Under the pieces are notes generated by a model, which saw nothing but the letters and a program-made list of their open reading frames with translations, was not told where the DNA came from and did not search any database. From a virus (lineage: Duplodnaviria > Caudoviricetes), in IMG/VR virus record IMGVR_UViG_3300028283_000231: a DNA stretch of 64,000 nucleotides, one strand, 5' to 3'. Numbering within the stretch: the stretch's first letter is position 1; the number at the start of each line of letters is the position of its first letter. The position numbers were made by a program, and so were the translations under genes. Positions 52,908-63,000 of the stretch are shown here, in pieces.

Positions 52908-53713
52908 AAAATTTAATAATAGGTGAATCATCACAATTATCACATTTCTTCCCAGATGATTACGAAAAAATATCGTCCAGAAATATAGATGTGAGTTATC
53001 TTAGATATAATAAATGGGACTCAGTTTATATTACATTCGCGGAGCAGCGTGTTTACATGAGTGATATAGATTATATTACTCCAAATTTTATATATACTAG
53101 AGATATTATAGAAAATCTTGTAGGTTCTTCAAATAAAATAGTTATATACGGAACCTGCGACCTTTGGAACAATATAATAGGTTGTGTTTATCATGGTGAT
53201 GAATTCTTCTACTCTTACTCAAATGATTATTGTCTATCTAAAGAGAAGTTAATCAAATATATATGGGATAGGAGAGATAACGGATGGTGGAAGAACGTTA
53301 TTATAATTCAGCCATTTAATTTCAATTCTACTTATAGGAAACAAGAGTTTTTATTTGGTAAAATTTTTAATTCTATAATAACAAAAACCCCGGTTGAAAT
53401 AGGTAATACTTATTTTTACAGAGATTTAGTACACACTAAATATATGGTAGAAAGATCTATGAAAGCCACAGAAGATGAAATGGTTGGAAGTGGTAGATTG
53501 TTTTTTGTTAACGATTTTATTAAGGATTTATATAAATATTTTGGTATGGATTATGATAAATACGTTAAAGATAATAATGTGACTAAGAGCAGACATTCAG
53601 AGAAATTGTTTTATTCTTATCAAAAAAATATCTACACTTACGATATGTTATTAATGGACACGATTGAGGATATAGAAAAAAGAATTAAACAATTAAAAGA
53701 AAATAAAGTATAA
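52904..53713 (+). CDS. Degenerate NDP-sugar epimerase/dehydratase-like protein
   Basis: YCLSK (YxxSK), PFNFNS..R...F..KI, G.....RD.VH. Confidence 0.6.
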   Translation: MKNLIIGESSQLSHFFPDDYEKISSRNIDVSYLRYNKWDSVYITFAEQRVYMSDIDYITPNFIYTRDIIENLVGSSNKIVIYGTCDLWNNIIGCVYHGDEFFYSYSNDYCLSKEKLIKYIWDRRDNGWWKNVIIIQPFNFNSTYRKQEFLFGKIFNSIITKTPVEIGNTYFYRDLVHTKYMVERSMKATEDEMVGSGRLFFVNDFIKDLYKYFGMDYDKYVKDNNVTKSRHSEKLFYSYQKNIYTYDMLLMDTIEDIEKRIKQLKENKV

Positions 53714-53720
53714 TCGCGAT

Positions 53721-53924
53721 ATGAACAGAAAAAATACAATAGAAAGTTTTTTAAATCTAAAAGACCCCGAAATAGATATGTTATATAGATCTTGGGATAA
53801 AGGGGATTGTTCCGAAGTTGGACTTTGTGAAATACTTTTATATCAAATCATTAAAGAACATAAAGAAGAGAACGGTGTGTATTACGACACAGATTACGAT
53901 CAGATAGTATTAAGAATAAAATAA
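53721..53924 (+). CDS. Hypothetical protein
   Basis: ORF track. Confidence 0.5.
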   Translation: MNRKNTIESFLNLKDPEIDMLYRSWDKGDCSEVGLCEILLYQIIKEHKEENGVYYDTDYDQIVLRIK

Positions 53925-53937
53925 AAGAATAAACAAA

Positions 53938-54294
53938 ATGGTAAAGATAAAGAAATACAAAAGCCTCATGGATGGTTGGACTCTTAAAAGATACGAGGAT
54001 TATAAAGATCCAAAATATGATAAAAAAAGAAGGACATCTGATGAGTTGACAAATGAAGAATTTAAAAACGTTGATTGGACAAAATTTAAAATTATAGTTC
54101 CAACACAAAAAGATAAAAAGGAATTAGAAGAAACATTACATTATCTTCACAACGCTGATATAGATACCGATTATATTACCGTTAATCAATTAGTACATGG
54201 GTATCTAAATGAAGATGAGGGTTATGAAAACAATATTATTGTGGATAAAGATTTGTACGATAAATTACCAGAGTATAAAAAAGTAAATGAATAA
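53938..54294 (+). CDS. Hypothetical protein
   Basis: ORF track. Confidence 0.55.
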   Translation: MVKIKKYKSLMDGWTLKRYEDYKDPKYDKKRRTSDELTNEEFKNVDWTKFKIIVPTQKDKKELEETLHYLHNADIDTDYITVNQLVHGYLNEDEGYENNIIVDKDLYDKLPEYKKVNE

Positions 54295-54296
54295 AT

Positions 54297-54845
54297 ATGG
54301 AAAATAAATGGTACGTGATTAGATGTTCAAGTGGGAAAGAAAAGAAAGCCTACAAACATATAGAAAAAGAGTTTGAAAAACAAAATTTAAACGAATTTGT
54401 TACTAGAATGGTTATACCTACTAGGAAAGAAGTCTACGTTAAAAACGGTAAAAAAGTTAATAGGGAAGTAAATTACTATCCTGGTTATATTCTTATTGAA
54501 GCAGACCTAAGAGGTGAGATTCAACACATTATAAAAGAAACTTCTGGTGTTATAAGTATATTAGGTGGAAAAGATAAAAATGGTAAAGACGTACCAGATG
54601 CTATTCGTCCTGAAGAGGTTAAGAAGATTCTAGGTAAGATTGACGCTTTGGCTGAAGCGGGTGATAGTACCAAATTAGATTTTGTAACTGGTGAAAATAT
54701 AGTAATATCGGAAGGTCCTTTTGCTAATTTCAATGGTTGTATAGAAGAAATTAACGAAGAGAAGAAACGTCTTAAAGTTAGTATTAAGATTTTCGGAAGA
54801 AAAACTCCAGTTGAATTGGATTTTGCACAAGTAATTAAAAATTAA
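54297..54845 (+). CDS. nusG: Transcription elongation factor NusG
   Basis: KWYVI...SGKE, YPGYILIE, KOW GE.I.I.EGPFANF.G.IEE, IFGRKTPVELDF.QV. Confidence 0.94.
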   Translation: MENKWYVIRCSSGKEKKAYKHIEKEFEKQNLNEFVTRMVIPTRKEVYVKNGKKVNREVNYYPGYILIEADLRGEIQHIIKETSGVISILGGKDKNGKDVPDAIRPEEVKKILGKIDALAEAGDSTKLDFVTGENIVISEGPFANFNGCIEEINEEKKRLKVSIKIFGRKTPVELDFAQVIKN

Positions 54846-54849
54846 AGTT

Positions 54850-55194
54850 ATGAATTATTTTGAAGAAATAACAGGTAAGAAGTACTTTTTTGTAGAATGT
54901 GATGAGTTTTATTGGAACGTAGTTCACAAAGAGCCTTTTGGTAAAATAAGACCTAATGATTCTTTTGATCAATTTTTCTCTAATAATTTCACAAGGGCTC
55001 ATACAAAAGATATAGAAATAAATGATACATATACAATTGAAGACTTTCTAGAAGAGTCTGGTGATAATTATTTAGTATTCTGTTTGAACGGTGAAAGTAT
55101 TTATCATTACGGTAATCATAACGTGGCTTACTGTGAACATCCAGAGGGATGTACAAAAAAATTTATTAGAGTTTATATAGATTATAAAAATTAA
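54850..55194 (+). CDS. Hypothetical protein
   Basis: ORF track. Confidence 0.55.
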   Translation: MNYFEEITGKKYFFVECDEFYWNVVHKEPFGKIRPNDSFDQFFSNNFTRAHTKDIEINDTYTIEDFLEESGDNYLVFCLNGESIYHYGNHNVAYCEHPEGCTKKFIRVYIDYKN

Positions 55195-55202
55195 TAATTA
55201 TT

Positions 55203-55415
55203 ATGAAAGTAAAAATAGGTAATAAAATTTACGATAGTAAAGATGAACCAATAATGCTCATCTTTTCTGATGACGATATGCGCAAAAATGTAGCTCAACA
55301 TTTAACTGATATGCCTGAAAAAGAAGGCATTAGAAAGTATGCTATATTTAATAACGAACATCCAAAGGAAGAAATAGATAAGTTTATGGATTTAAAAAAT
55401 AACGATGAATTATGA
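55203..55415 (+). CDS. Hypothetical protein
   Basis: ORF track. Confidence 0.55.
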   Translation: MKVKIGNKIYDSKDEPIMLIFSDDDMRKNVAQHLTDMPEKEGIRKYAIFNNEHPKEEIDKFMDLKNNDEL

Positions 55416-55639
55416 TGGAAAGTATTCAAGAAGAAGATGGTATATTATTTAATGTTGTTAGGGCTGATGTAAGTAGTTACGATCCTTATGATATAATGGA
55501 TTTCGTAAAAGGTGGATTTTGTAAAGTTATTTTAATTATTGATGAGATCACTATTAGAACGTATTATTTTAAAAACGGAGTGGAGACGTCGAAAGAGAAA
55601 ATACTTCAGGACGAGAGACTAAAACAATTAAGGAGATAA
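55412..55639 (+). CDS. Hypothetical protein
   Basis: ORF track. Confidence 0.5.
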   Translation: MMESIQEEDGILFNVVRADVSSYDPYDIMDFVKGGFCKVILIIDEITIRTYYFKNGVETSKEKILQDERLKQLRR

Positions 55640-55643
55640 ACAT

Positions 55644-57230
55644 ATGAATAGAAATTTTTATATCATTACAATTTTCAATAAAGAAAAATTAATATCTGAT
55701 GTAGTTTACGGGGTTATAAATAATTTAAGTGAAGACTCTAAAAATTACATCATTTGTGTGCTAGATGGGTGTAAGGATAATACTGAAAATATAATAGATG
55801 AAATCGCGTCTAAAAATTTAGCGAACATTATTAAATTAAAAGTGAACGACGTGCACGAGCTATTGTCTTTGAACGCCGCTTTTAAATATATTGATGATAA
55901 TTTCCCCATTTTACCTGAACCAGATAGATCTATATCTGAATTTGGTTATAATATTCCAAATGATATTTATTACTTGTTGCAAGACGATGTAATACTGGAT
56001 GAAAATTTTGAAAAACCATCAAGAGAAATATATAATGAATATCCCACTCTTGGTTATATTTCTTTTAGATGTGGAATGACTTTAAAATCTAACGGTGCTT
56101 CTATCGACGAGTACGAGTTTGTAGAATCAGAATTTGGGCATTGGAAACAAATGGGGTCCACAAATTTCAGAGAACTAAAACATGGCGAGATGATATTTTG
56201 TGAAAGTCTTATAAAAAGTCCAACAGCGATTAAAAGAGATGTTTTAAATCACGTTGGTTATTTCGATGAAAAACTCGCACCTTTCGGACACGACGATACT
56301 GACTTATGTATAAGATTAAACATGCTAGGTTACCAGAACGTTGTAAAAGGTGTTAAATTTAAAAGTTTATTATCATGGGGAGGCACAAGAGAACACGGTC
56401 GACCAGATCACGATAGAATCATTGTAAGAAATAACCAATATTTATCTAAAAAACACGCAAATTATTTTAAAAATAGAACACCATTAAAAGATTTATTATT
56501 AGAATACGAAAAATCTAAACAATGGGTAGATACTTACGAATATAACAATTTCATTTACGATTGGTATTTATCCAAAGTTGATTCTTACGATTTTCTATCA
56601 AATCACCATCAAATTGTTTTAAGTAGAGGATTAGGTTACGGTGAAAGAGCTTTCAGATATTTTTGGCTTCTAATAGGTGCTATGATGCGACCAAATAGTA
56701 AATTTCTAGAAATAGGTGTTTATAAAGGATCTATTCTTGCCCTGATGCAACTAATAAGTAATAAATTAAATAAATCATTTAAAATATACGGTGCCACACC
56801 TTTAGACTCAACAGGAGATAAATACGGTTCTTACGATAATACCAACTACTTAGAAGATATTAAAAATTTATATTCTTTGTTAGGATTAAATATTAGTAAT
56901 CTCACGTTAATAAAAGGATTATCCACTAGCGATGAAGTGAAAACAAATATTCATAATTTTGGAACATATGATTGTATGTACATTGACGGAGGACACGATT
57001 ACGAAACAGTTGTTAACGATTTACTAATAGCTGAAAAAGAACTAAAACCTGGTGGTTTTCTAATTTTAGACGACTCATCAAGTGATTTAAAATTATCTGG
57101 AAGAGAAGGCAGATTTAACGGTCATCCAGATGTAGCTAAAGCGATAAAAGATTACATAGATACCAACGATAATTATACACATTTATTCGCCTGTGGACAC
57201 AATAGATTATGGAGAAAGAAATATGAATAA
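55644..57230 (+). CDS. GT2 glycosyltransferase fused to SAM methyltransferase
   Basis: VLDGC.DNT, LLQDDV, GYFDE...HDD.D.C.R; LEIGVYKG, MYIDGGHDY, L.PGG..I.DD. Confidence 0.85.
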   Translation: MNRNFYIITIFNKEKLISDVVYGVINNLSEDSKNYIICVLDGCKDNTENIIDEIASKNLANIIKLKVNDVHELLSLNAAFKYIDDNFPILPEPDRSISEFGYNIPNDIYYLLQDDVILDENFEKPSREIYNEYPTLGYISFRCGMTLKSNGASIDEYEFVESEFGHWKQMGSTNFRELKHGEMIFCESLIKSPTAIKRDVLNHVGYFDEKLAPFGHDDTDLCIRLNMLGYQNVVKGVKFKSLLSWGGTREHGRPDHDRIIVRNNQYLSKKHANYFKNRTPLKDLLLEYEKSKQWVDTYEYNNFIYDWYLSKVDSYDFLSNHHQIVLSRGLGYGERAFRYFWLLIGAMMRPNSKFLEIGVYKGSILALMQLISNKLNKSFKIYGATPLDSTGDKYGSYDNTNYLEDIKNLYSLLGLNISNLTLIKGLSTSDEVKTNIHNFGTYDCMYIDGGHDYETVVNDLLIAEKELKPGGFLILDDSSSDLKLSGREGRFNGHPDVAKAIKDYIDTNDNYTHLFACGHNRLWRKKYE

Positions 57231-58206
57231 TATAGTAATAACAACAATAAATCCACTAAACGATAATATTAAACAATTCACAAAAGTTCCTAATTTTAAA
57301 ACTATTATAGTTGGAGACGATAAAAGCACTATTTATCACTATAAAGATTTGATATTTTTATCGTTAGATGATCAATTAGATTTAAAATATAGATCTATAT
57401 CTACCACACCTGAAAATCATTATTCGAGAAAGAATATTGGTTATCTTTACGCTATGGTTAATGGGGCTGAGGTTATATATGAATCTGATGATGATACGTT
57501 TATAAATAACGATAATTTTCTTAAAGATTTCAAGTTTGAGTGTAATAATAAGATAAATTCATCTTCTAGTATTATCAATATTTATAAATTGTTTACTAAA
57601 GAGAATATATGGCATCGAGGATTTGATATAACTAAAATAAATGAAAATATAGATTATAAAGAAGAAAGATATTCTTCCAGTATAGGAGTATGGCAAGGTT
57701 TAATAAATAGGGACACTGATGTAGATGCCATATATAGATTAACAAATAAGAAAGTGGATATAAAATTCGATGAGGGTAAAGAAATTTCTTTAAACATGGG
57801 GTTGTATAGTCCATTTAACACGCAGAATACGCTATGGAGGAAAGAATGTTTCCCATTGATGTATTTACCCATGTCTGTTAATTTTAGATTTACTGATATT
57901 TTAAGAGGTTACGTAGCGCAAAGAATAATGTGGGAATACGGTTATAATTTAGGATTTCACAGTCCTGATACTTACCAGATAAGAAATAAACACGATTATT
58001 TGAAAGATTTTAAAGATGAAATGTCTATGTACCTAATTGTTCCAAGATTGATAGATATTTTAAATAATGTTAAATTATCTGGAATAAGTATGACTACCGA
58101 TTTGTGTTTAGTATATCATAAGTTATTTGACGAGGATATAGTATCGAAATACGAACTTCTCTCAATTAAAAATTGGGTGATGGATTTAAACTATCTTTTG
58201 AAATAA
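57223..58206 (+). CDS. STELLO/DUF288-like glycosyltransferase
   Basis: VITTIN, RKNIGYLYAM..GA..IYE.DDD, W.RGF, QGL...D.DVDA.YR, PFN.QNT, RFTDI.R. Confidence 0.82.
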   Translation: MNNIVITTINPLNDNIKQFTKVPNFKTIIVGDDKSTIYHYKDLIFLSLDDQLDLKYRSISTTPENHYSRKNIGYLYAMVNGAEVIYESDDDTFINNDNFLKDFKFECNNKINSSSSIINIYKLFTKENIWHRGFDITKINENIDYKEERYSSSIGVWQGLINRDTDVDAIYRLTNKKVDIKFDEGKEISLNMGLYSPFNTQNTLWRKECFPLMYLPMSVNFRFTDILRGYVAQRIMWEYGYNLGFHSPDTYQIRNKHDYLKDFKDEMSMYLIVPRLIDILNNVKLSGISMTTDLCLVYHKLFDEDIVSKYELLSIKNWVMDLNYLLK

Positions 58207-59295
58207 GTACTGATTAGTTTCATCGTTGTAAAATTTGCATTTTACTATTGTTCCTGTCCTATAATATCCGTGAGGAGTTATCCAATGGAATATGCCCTTT
58301 TTAAATTCTGTTTTATAACTATAAAGTAACTCTTTATCCTGGTAAAAATCAATTCTTATTTTATGAGGAGCGTCTTCAAAAGGCGTGATTATTATTTTAT
58401 TATCTTTACTAACTACGTCAACTATATTGTTATAGTTATTCTGTTTTAATAATTCTCTTTTTATTGTTTCGTATATGTTATCAAATTCGTAATTATTTAT
58501 CCATACTTTTGAGCATAATGTTTGGTCGTACCAAGCACCGTCACTAAATATGTTGCAAATAAATATAAAAGTTTTATCAACGTCATCAAAGTTCTCTTTT
58601 ACTTCCGTAAATGAATAAGGACCCGACGCCCTACCTATAATGACAGTACAGAAAGTAGATAAATAAGAAATTTCATTTAAATCTGCGCCAGCTTTAATAA
58701 TATCGGAAGTATATAAAACATTTTCTCTTTCTATAACGTCTTTCTTATCAGTTAATATAAAATGAGTTTTTGGAAATTCGTCCGCTAATTTTTCAATTAA
58801 AGCTTTAAAATCAATAGGAAGAGATTGATTAGAATAAACGTCACCGTTACAAACAATGACTTTAGAGAAAGCTCTATTATTTTCAATATATTCATTGATT
58901 CCAGATATTTCAAATTGTTTATAATCTATTACTGGTAAGTAATGTTTTTTCTTTTCCATCGGCACTCTCAACTTATTAAAAATTATTTGAAAATAATCGT
59001 AAAATATTGGTAAACTAACGTCGTTAACTTTATCAACAAATATCTCGTAAACTCCAAGATGGGTATTAATATACGTTTCATTATTGATAATGTGAAAAGG
59101 TGAATCAATTTTACAATTTTCGTTTAGTTGTCCGTGTTGTAATTTTGGTATATCCATTAACAATTTAGGACTTCTTTTATGAAGAAAGTAATATTCGTCG
59201 TAATTAGTTTTTTGAACTATATCTCTAACGAATTCCCTAGTGAAATGTATATCACCGTTGTTATGATTATTATAAAAAATAAGTTTGTTTATCAT
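58186..59295 (-). CDS. Hypothetical, possibly GT-B-like protein
   Basis: H.NGDIH..R, DL.EI.YLS..C..IIGR.SGP. Confidence 0.5.
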   Translation of the reverse strand: MINKLIFYNNHNNGDIHFTREFVRDIVQKTNYDEYYFLHKRSPKLLMDIPKLQHGQLNENCKIDSPFHIINNETYINTHLGVYEIFVDKVNDVSLPIFYDYFQIIFNKLRVPMEKKKHYLPVIDYKQFEISGINEYIENNRAFSKVIVCNGDVYSNQSLPIDFKALIEKLADEFPKTHFILTDKKDVIERENVLYTSDIIKAGADLNEISYLSTFCTVIIGRASGPYSFTEVKENFDDVDKTFIFICNIFSDGAWYDQTLCSKVWINNYEFDNIYETIKRELLKQNNYNNIVDVVSKDNKIIITPFEDAPHKIRIDFYQDKELLYSYKTEFKKGIFHWITPHGYYRTGTIVKCKFYNDETNQYLFQKIV

Positions 59296-59310
59296 ACGCT
59301 TTCTATATTT

Positions 59311-60027
59311 TTATTTCCAAAGGTTAACAATTTTATTCATTGTGCAAAATAGAACAAAGAATTTAAATCCCATAGGTACAAATCTTTTATGAATTAAGTC
59401 CTCCATTAAAGATTGATCAAGATTGTCGTGAAATTCAAAAGCTATTTTTCTAATACCTAATTTTTCAATTGTACTATCTGATAACCCCTTAAATATTTTA
59501 ACTTCACATCCTTCTGTATCAATTTTTAAGAAATCCACTTTTTCTATTAATCCACATTCATATAAATCATCAATGGTAGTTGTATAAATTTTCTCAGTAG
59601 AATAACATTCATCTATGTTAGATACGGTAGCACACCCTAAATGATTTATATTTGGTGTAGTAAGAGTTTCAACTCCTCTCTTATCAGATATAGCAAATTT
59701 ATAAGCTTCAGCGTTATCTGGAAGATTATCTAATAAACATTTAAAAGATAATTTTGATGGCTCCACACTTATTATTTTTGAAGCCCCGTCGTGGGCAGCT
59801 CTATTAGTAAATAATCCAACATTAGCACCTATATCTAACACTATATCCCCTTTTTCGATTTTACATCCGTGTCTTTGGTATATACATCCATTAGAATCAT
59901 AATCTGCATTTTTCCACATTTCTGAATAAATCAAATTATATTCATCGAAAATTATATTATCGTCTCTGAATATTCTTTTAACGTAAACCCCTTCTGGGGA
60001 TAAGACAGTATATTCTTTATCTTTCAT
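59311..60027 (-). CDS. FkbM-family methyltransferase
   Basis: VLDIGANVG.F, VEP, DFLKIDTEG.E. Confidence 0.88.
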   Translation of the reverse strand: MKDKEYTVLSPEGVYVKRIFRDDNIIFDEYNLIYSEMWKNADYDSNGCIYQRHGCKIEKGDIVLDIGANVGLFTNRAAHDGASKIISVEPSKLSFKCLLDNLPDNAEAYKFAISDKRGVETLTTPNINHLGCATVSNIDECYSTEKIYTTTIDDLYECGLIEKVDFLKIDTEGCEVKIFKGLSDSTIEKLGIRKIAFEFHDNLDQSLMEDLIHKRFVPMGFKFFVLFCTMNKIVNLWK

Positions 60028-63000
60028 ATGCTCTCTATGTTTTTTCTATCTATAAAATTACCGTAAGATTTAATATTGGTAAACACTTCATCGTTAACTT
60101 TTATAATTTTATTCTTCAACACCTCATTGCCATTAATAACTCTGAAATTGATTTCAAAATTATCACCTTTAGTGAATTTAACCTTTTTGTAATATATAAA
60201 CTTTTTATCAATTGGTTTAAGATCAGTTAATATGATATTACCATTCTTTCTCACTGCTATATTAAAATCTCTACTATCGAGTGAGTTTGCTGAGCTAAAC
60301 CATATAACGAATTTATCTGGTTCGTTCTCAACTGGTAATATAGTATTATATTCAATTAAAGAAAATAAATTAATTTGACTTGTTGGGAACAACTGATCCT
60401 CATTAATTTCCTCCAATAACAAATCTTTAGTTTTATTTTTTAAAGAATGATATACGAAATTTTCAAGACAATTGGTATTTGAACCCACTTTTTGCATTTC
60501 TTCTATGTAAAGTTTTTCGTTGGTTATGTATTTAAATGTATTAATAAAATAATCAACATCAGTTATAAAGAATATTGTTTTATAATGTACACCTTCTGTT
60601 TCAGGTGTGTTCATAAAGAATGCCTTTTTACCTTCCATTCTCATTCTATTTATTCTATCGTCTATTACTTTTTTATCTTCAGCACTAAACACCATATCAA
60701 AATTGGTACAAACAGCGGTGTTAAATCCTTGTGATTTAGCTAAAATTAAACTGTTATAATAATTTAAGAAGACGCCAAGAGCGTGATTAAAATTATTGTC
60801 TTCTTTAGTTATGTTTAAATGAGCGTGATAATCAGTTGCTGGAAACCAACTGTTTGTGTAAAAGTCGTGTTTTATAAGAGGATTATTCTTATCGTAAATA
60901 AAATAATCAGCTAATTTTTGTATATCTGTTGATACAGGACAATGTGCTGACAAAATAACTTTTTCACCAAATAATCTAATGTTTTCTAAAGTCTTTTTAG
61001 TTATGTCTTCTGACATTTTATAATTAGGGTGAGAAGTGATAATATAAACTGAATTTGGTTTTATGAATTCTATTGGTTCTGCAATAGATTCAACGATAAC
61101 TGGTTCATCTTCTTTCTGTTTAAAATCGTGAAAAATAACAGAGGTATCGTCCTTTAAACAATCTTTATATTCGTTTCTTAAATATAAAAAATCAAATTTC
61201 ATTCCGTTTATTTTACTTTTAGTATCTTTATCTTCAAGAATAAAAGTTAAATTATTGTATTCTTTATTTAATTTTCTAATTTGTTCAGTTTCTTCTTTAT
61301 CAATTAATACTACTTTATCGAATATATTACAGAAACAATAAGTAGATCCGTAATATTTAGATCCAATTTCTAAAACACTTTGATTTCCTTTTATCATTAA
61401 ACTTTTAATAAAGTCTTTATAGTCGTATTTATTTTCTTGTTCGCCATATTTTCTAAAAGACCAAGAAACTAATTCGTTGGCAAATTCTTCATGATCTGTT
61501 CTGTAAATTAAAGGATGGAACCATTGTAAATAAAGATTCTTATATCCTATTTTTTCGTAGTTGAAATTTTCATACACTTTCACGTTAGGATTGCTTGTTA
61601 TCCAGATTTCAGAAAGAAATCTATTTTCATTATTTTCTGGTTCGCCTAGTGTTCTAATATATTCAGATTTAGTCCAGAAGAAATGTCCACCTAAAACATA
61701 TCTTTGATGCATGTCGTTAAAATTCCAATCTACACAAACAACATCGTTATCTTTTAAATGTTCTATATTTTCTTTCCATTTATTTATAGTAAAGTAGTTA
61801 AGATATTTTCTCCACGTTGGTATTCCAACATTTGGATCTATTTCCTTACTTATAACACCTTTCAAATGAAAATAACAGATATAGGTGTGTTTATCTTCAC
61901 TATATTTTTTAAGATGCTTGAGAGCGTCGTACTCGTAATTATTCTGTTGTAACTCTATTATTTTCCATTTTTTAAGTGTATCTTCCTGTTCTATAATATT
62001 TCTAAATTCATTAATATTATTTTTATCGTCAGCGTAAATTGTGGCAAATATTTCTGTACATCCTTCATAAAGACCGTTATTTTTCATTAAAAATATTTGT
62101 TCTTCCAGTATATCTTTCCAACCATATCTTAGATAACAATGATGAACGATAACAATTCTTGGTATGACTTCACCAAAGAATCTATGACTTGCTAAAACAT
62201 CTGGAATATATTTAATTTTTAAATTTTGAGCGTTAACGACATTTTCACAAGCTTTAATATATCTATGATCGTGTCCAAAATAATCGTCCCAATTAAACAT
62301 TTTACCAATGTCCGCTTTAAATAATATTCCTAGTTGATCTATTTCACAATCTTGTATTCTATCAGCCAATGGTAGTACGTAGTTTGTCCATTCTTTATCG
62401 TTATAATGTATTCTACAAATAACCATTCCAGTTTTATTATCGATTTGAGCAATCATTTTTTCAAAATAATCTGGATAAATTATATTATCGTCGTCTAAAT
62501 GTAATATGTAATCACCAGTTACTTTCTCCAACATGAAATTTCTTTGAGCAGCACCGTAGTTATTCCTTCTTTCTATCTCATAATAAAATATCTTATCGTG
62601 TTTATTATCTTCTTTAAATTTATTATATTCGTCTGAAGGTCCGTCGTGACAAACAAGAATTTCAAAATTATCGTAGTTTTGATCTAACACAGATTTTATA
62701 GCTTCTTTTAAAAGATTAAACCTATTATAAGTTGGAATAAGAACACTAATCTTGTAATGAGAATCCCCCTTATAATCTTTAGCGTCTATTGGAGCGTAAT
62801 AAAAACCGTAATCTTTTGGAATATAAAAATTATAAAATTTATTAGGTATTCTATTTATCCATTTCTCACATTCAACTCTACACCAAGTCTTCGCTTCATC
62901 GTTGGGATCTGGATCGTTCTCTTTAACGTACTCGAGTTTTGGTAACTTCTTTATATACTTAGAGTTAGCCCACCAGAAATTACCGCTAAAGAGTGGTTCT

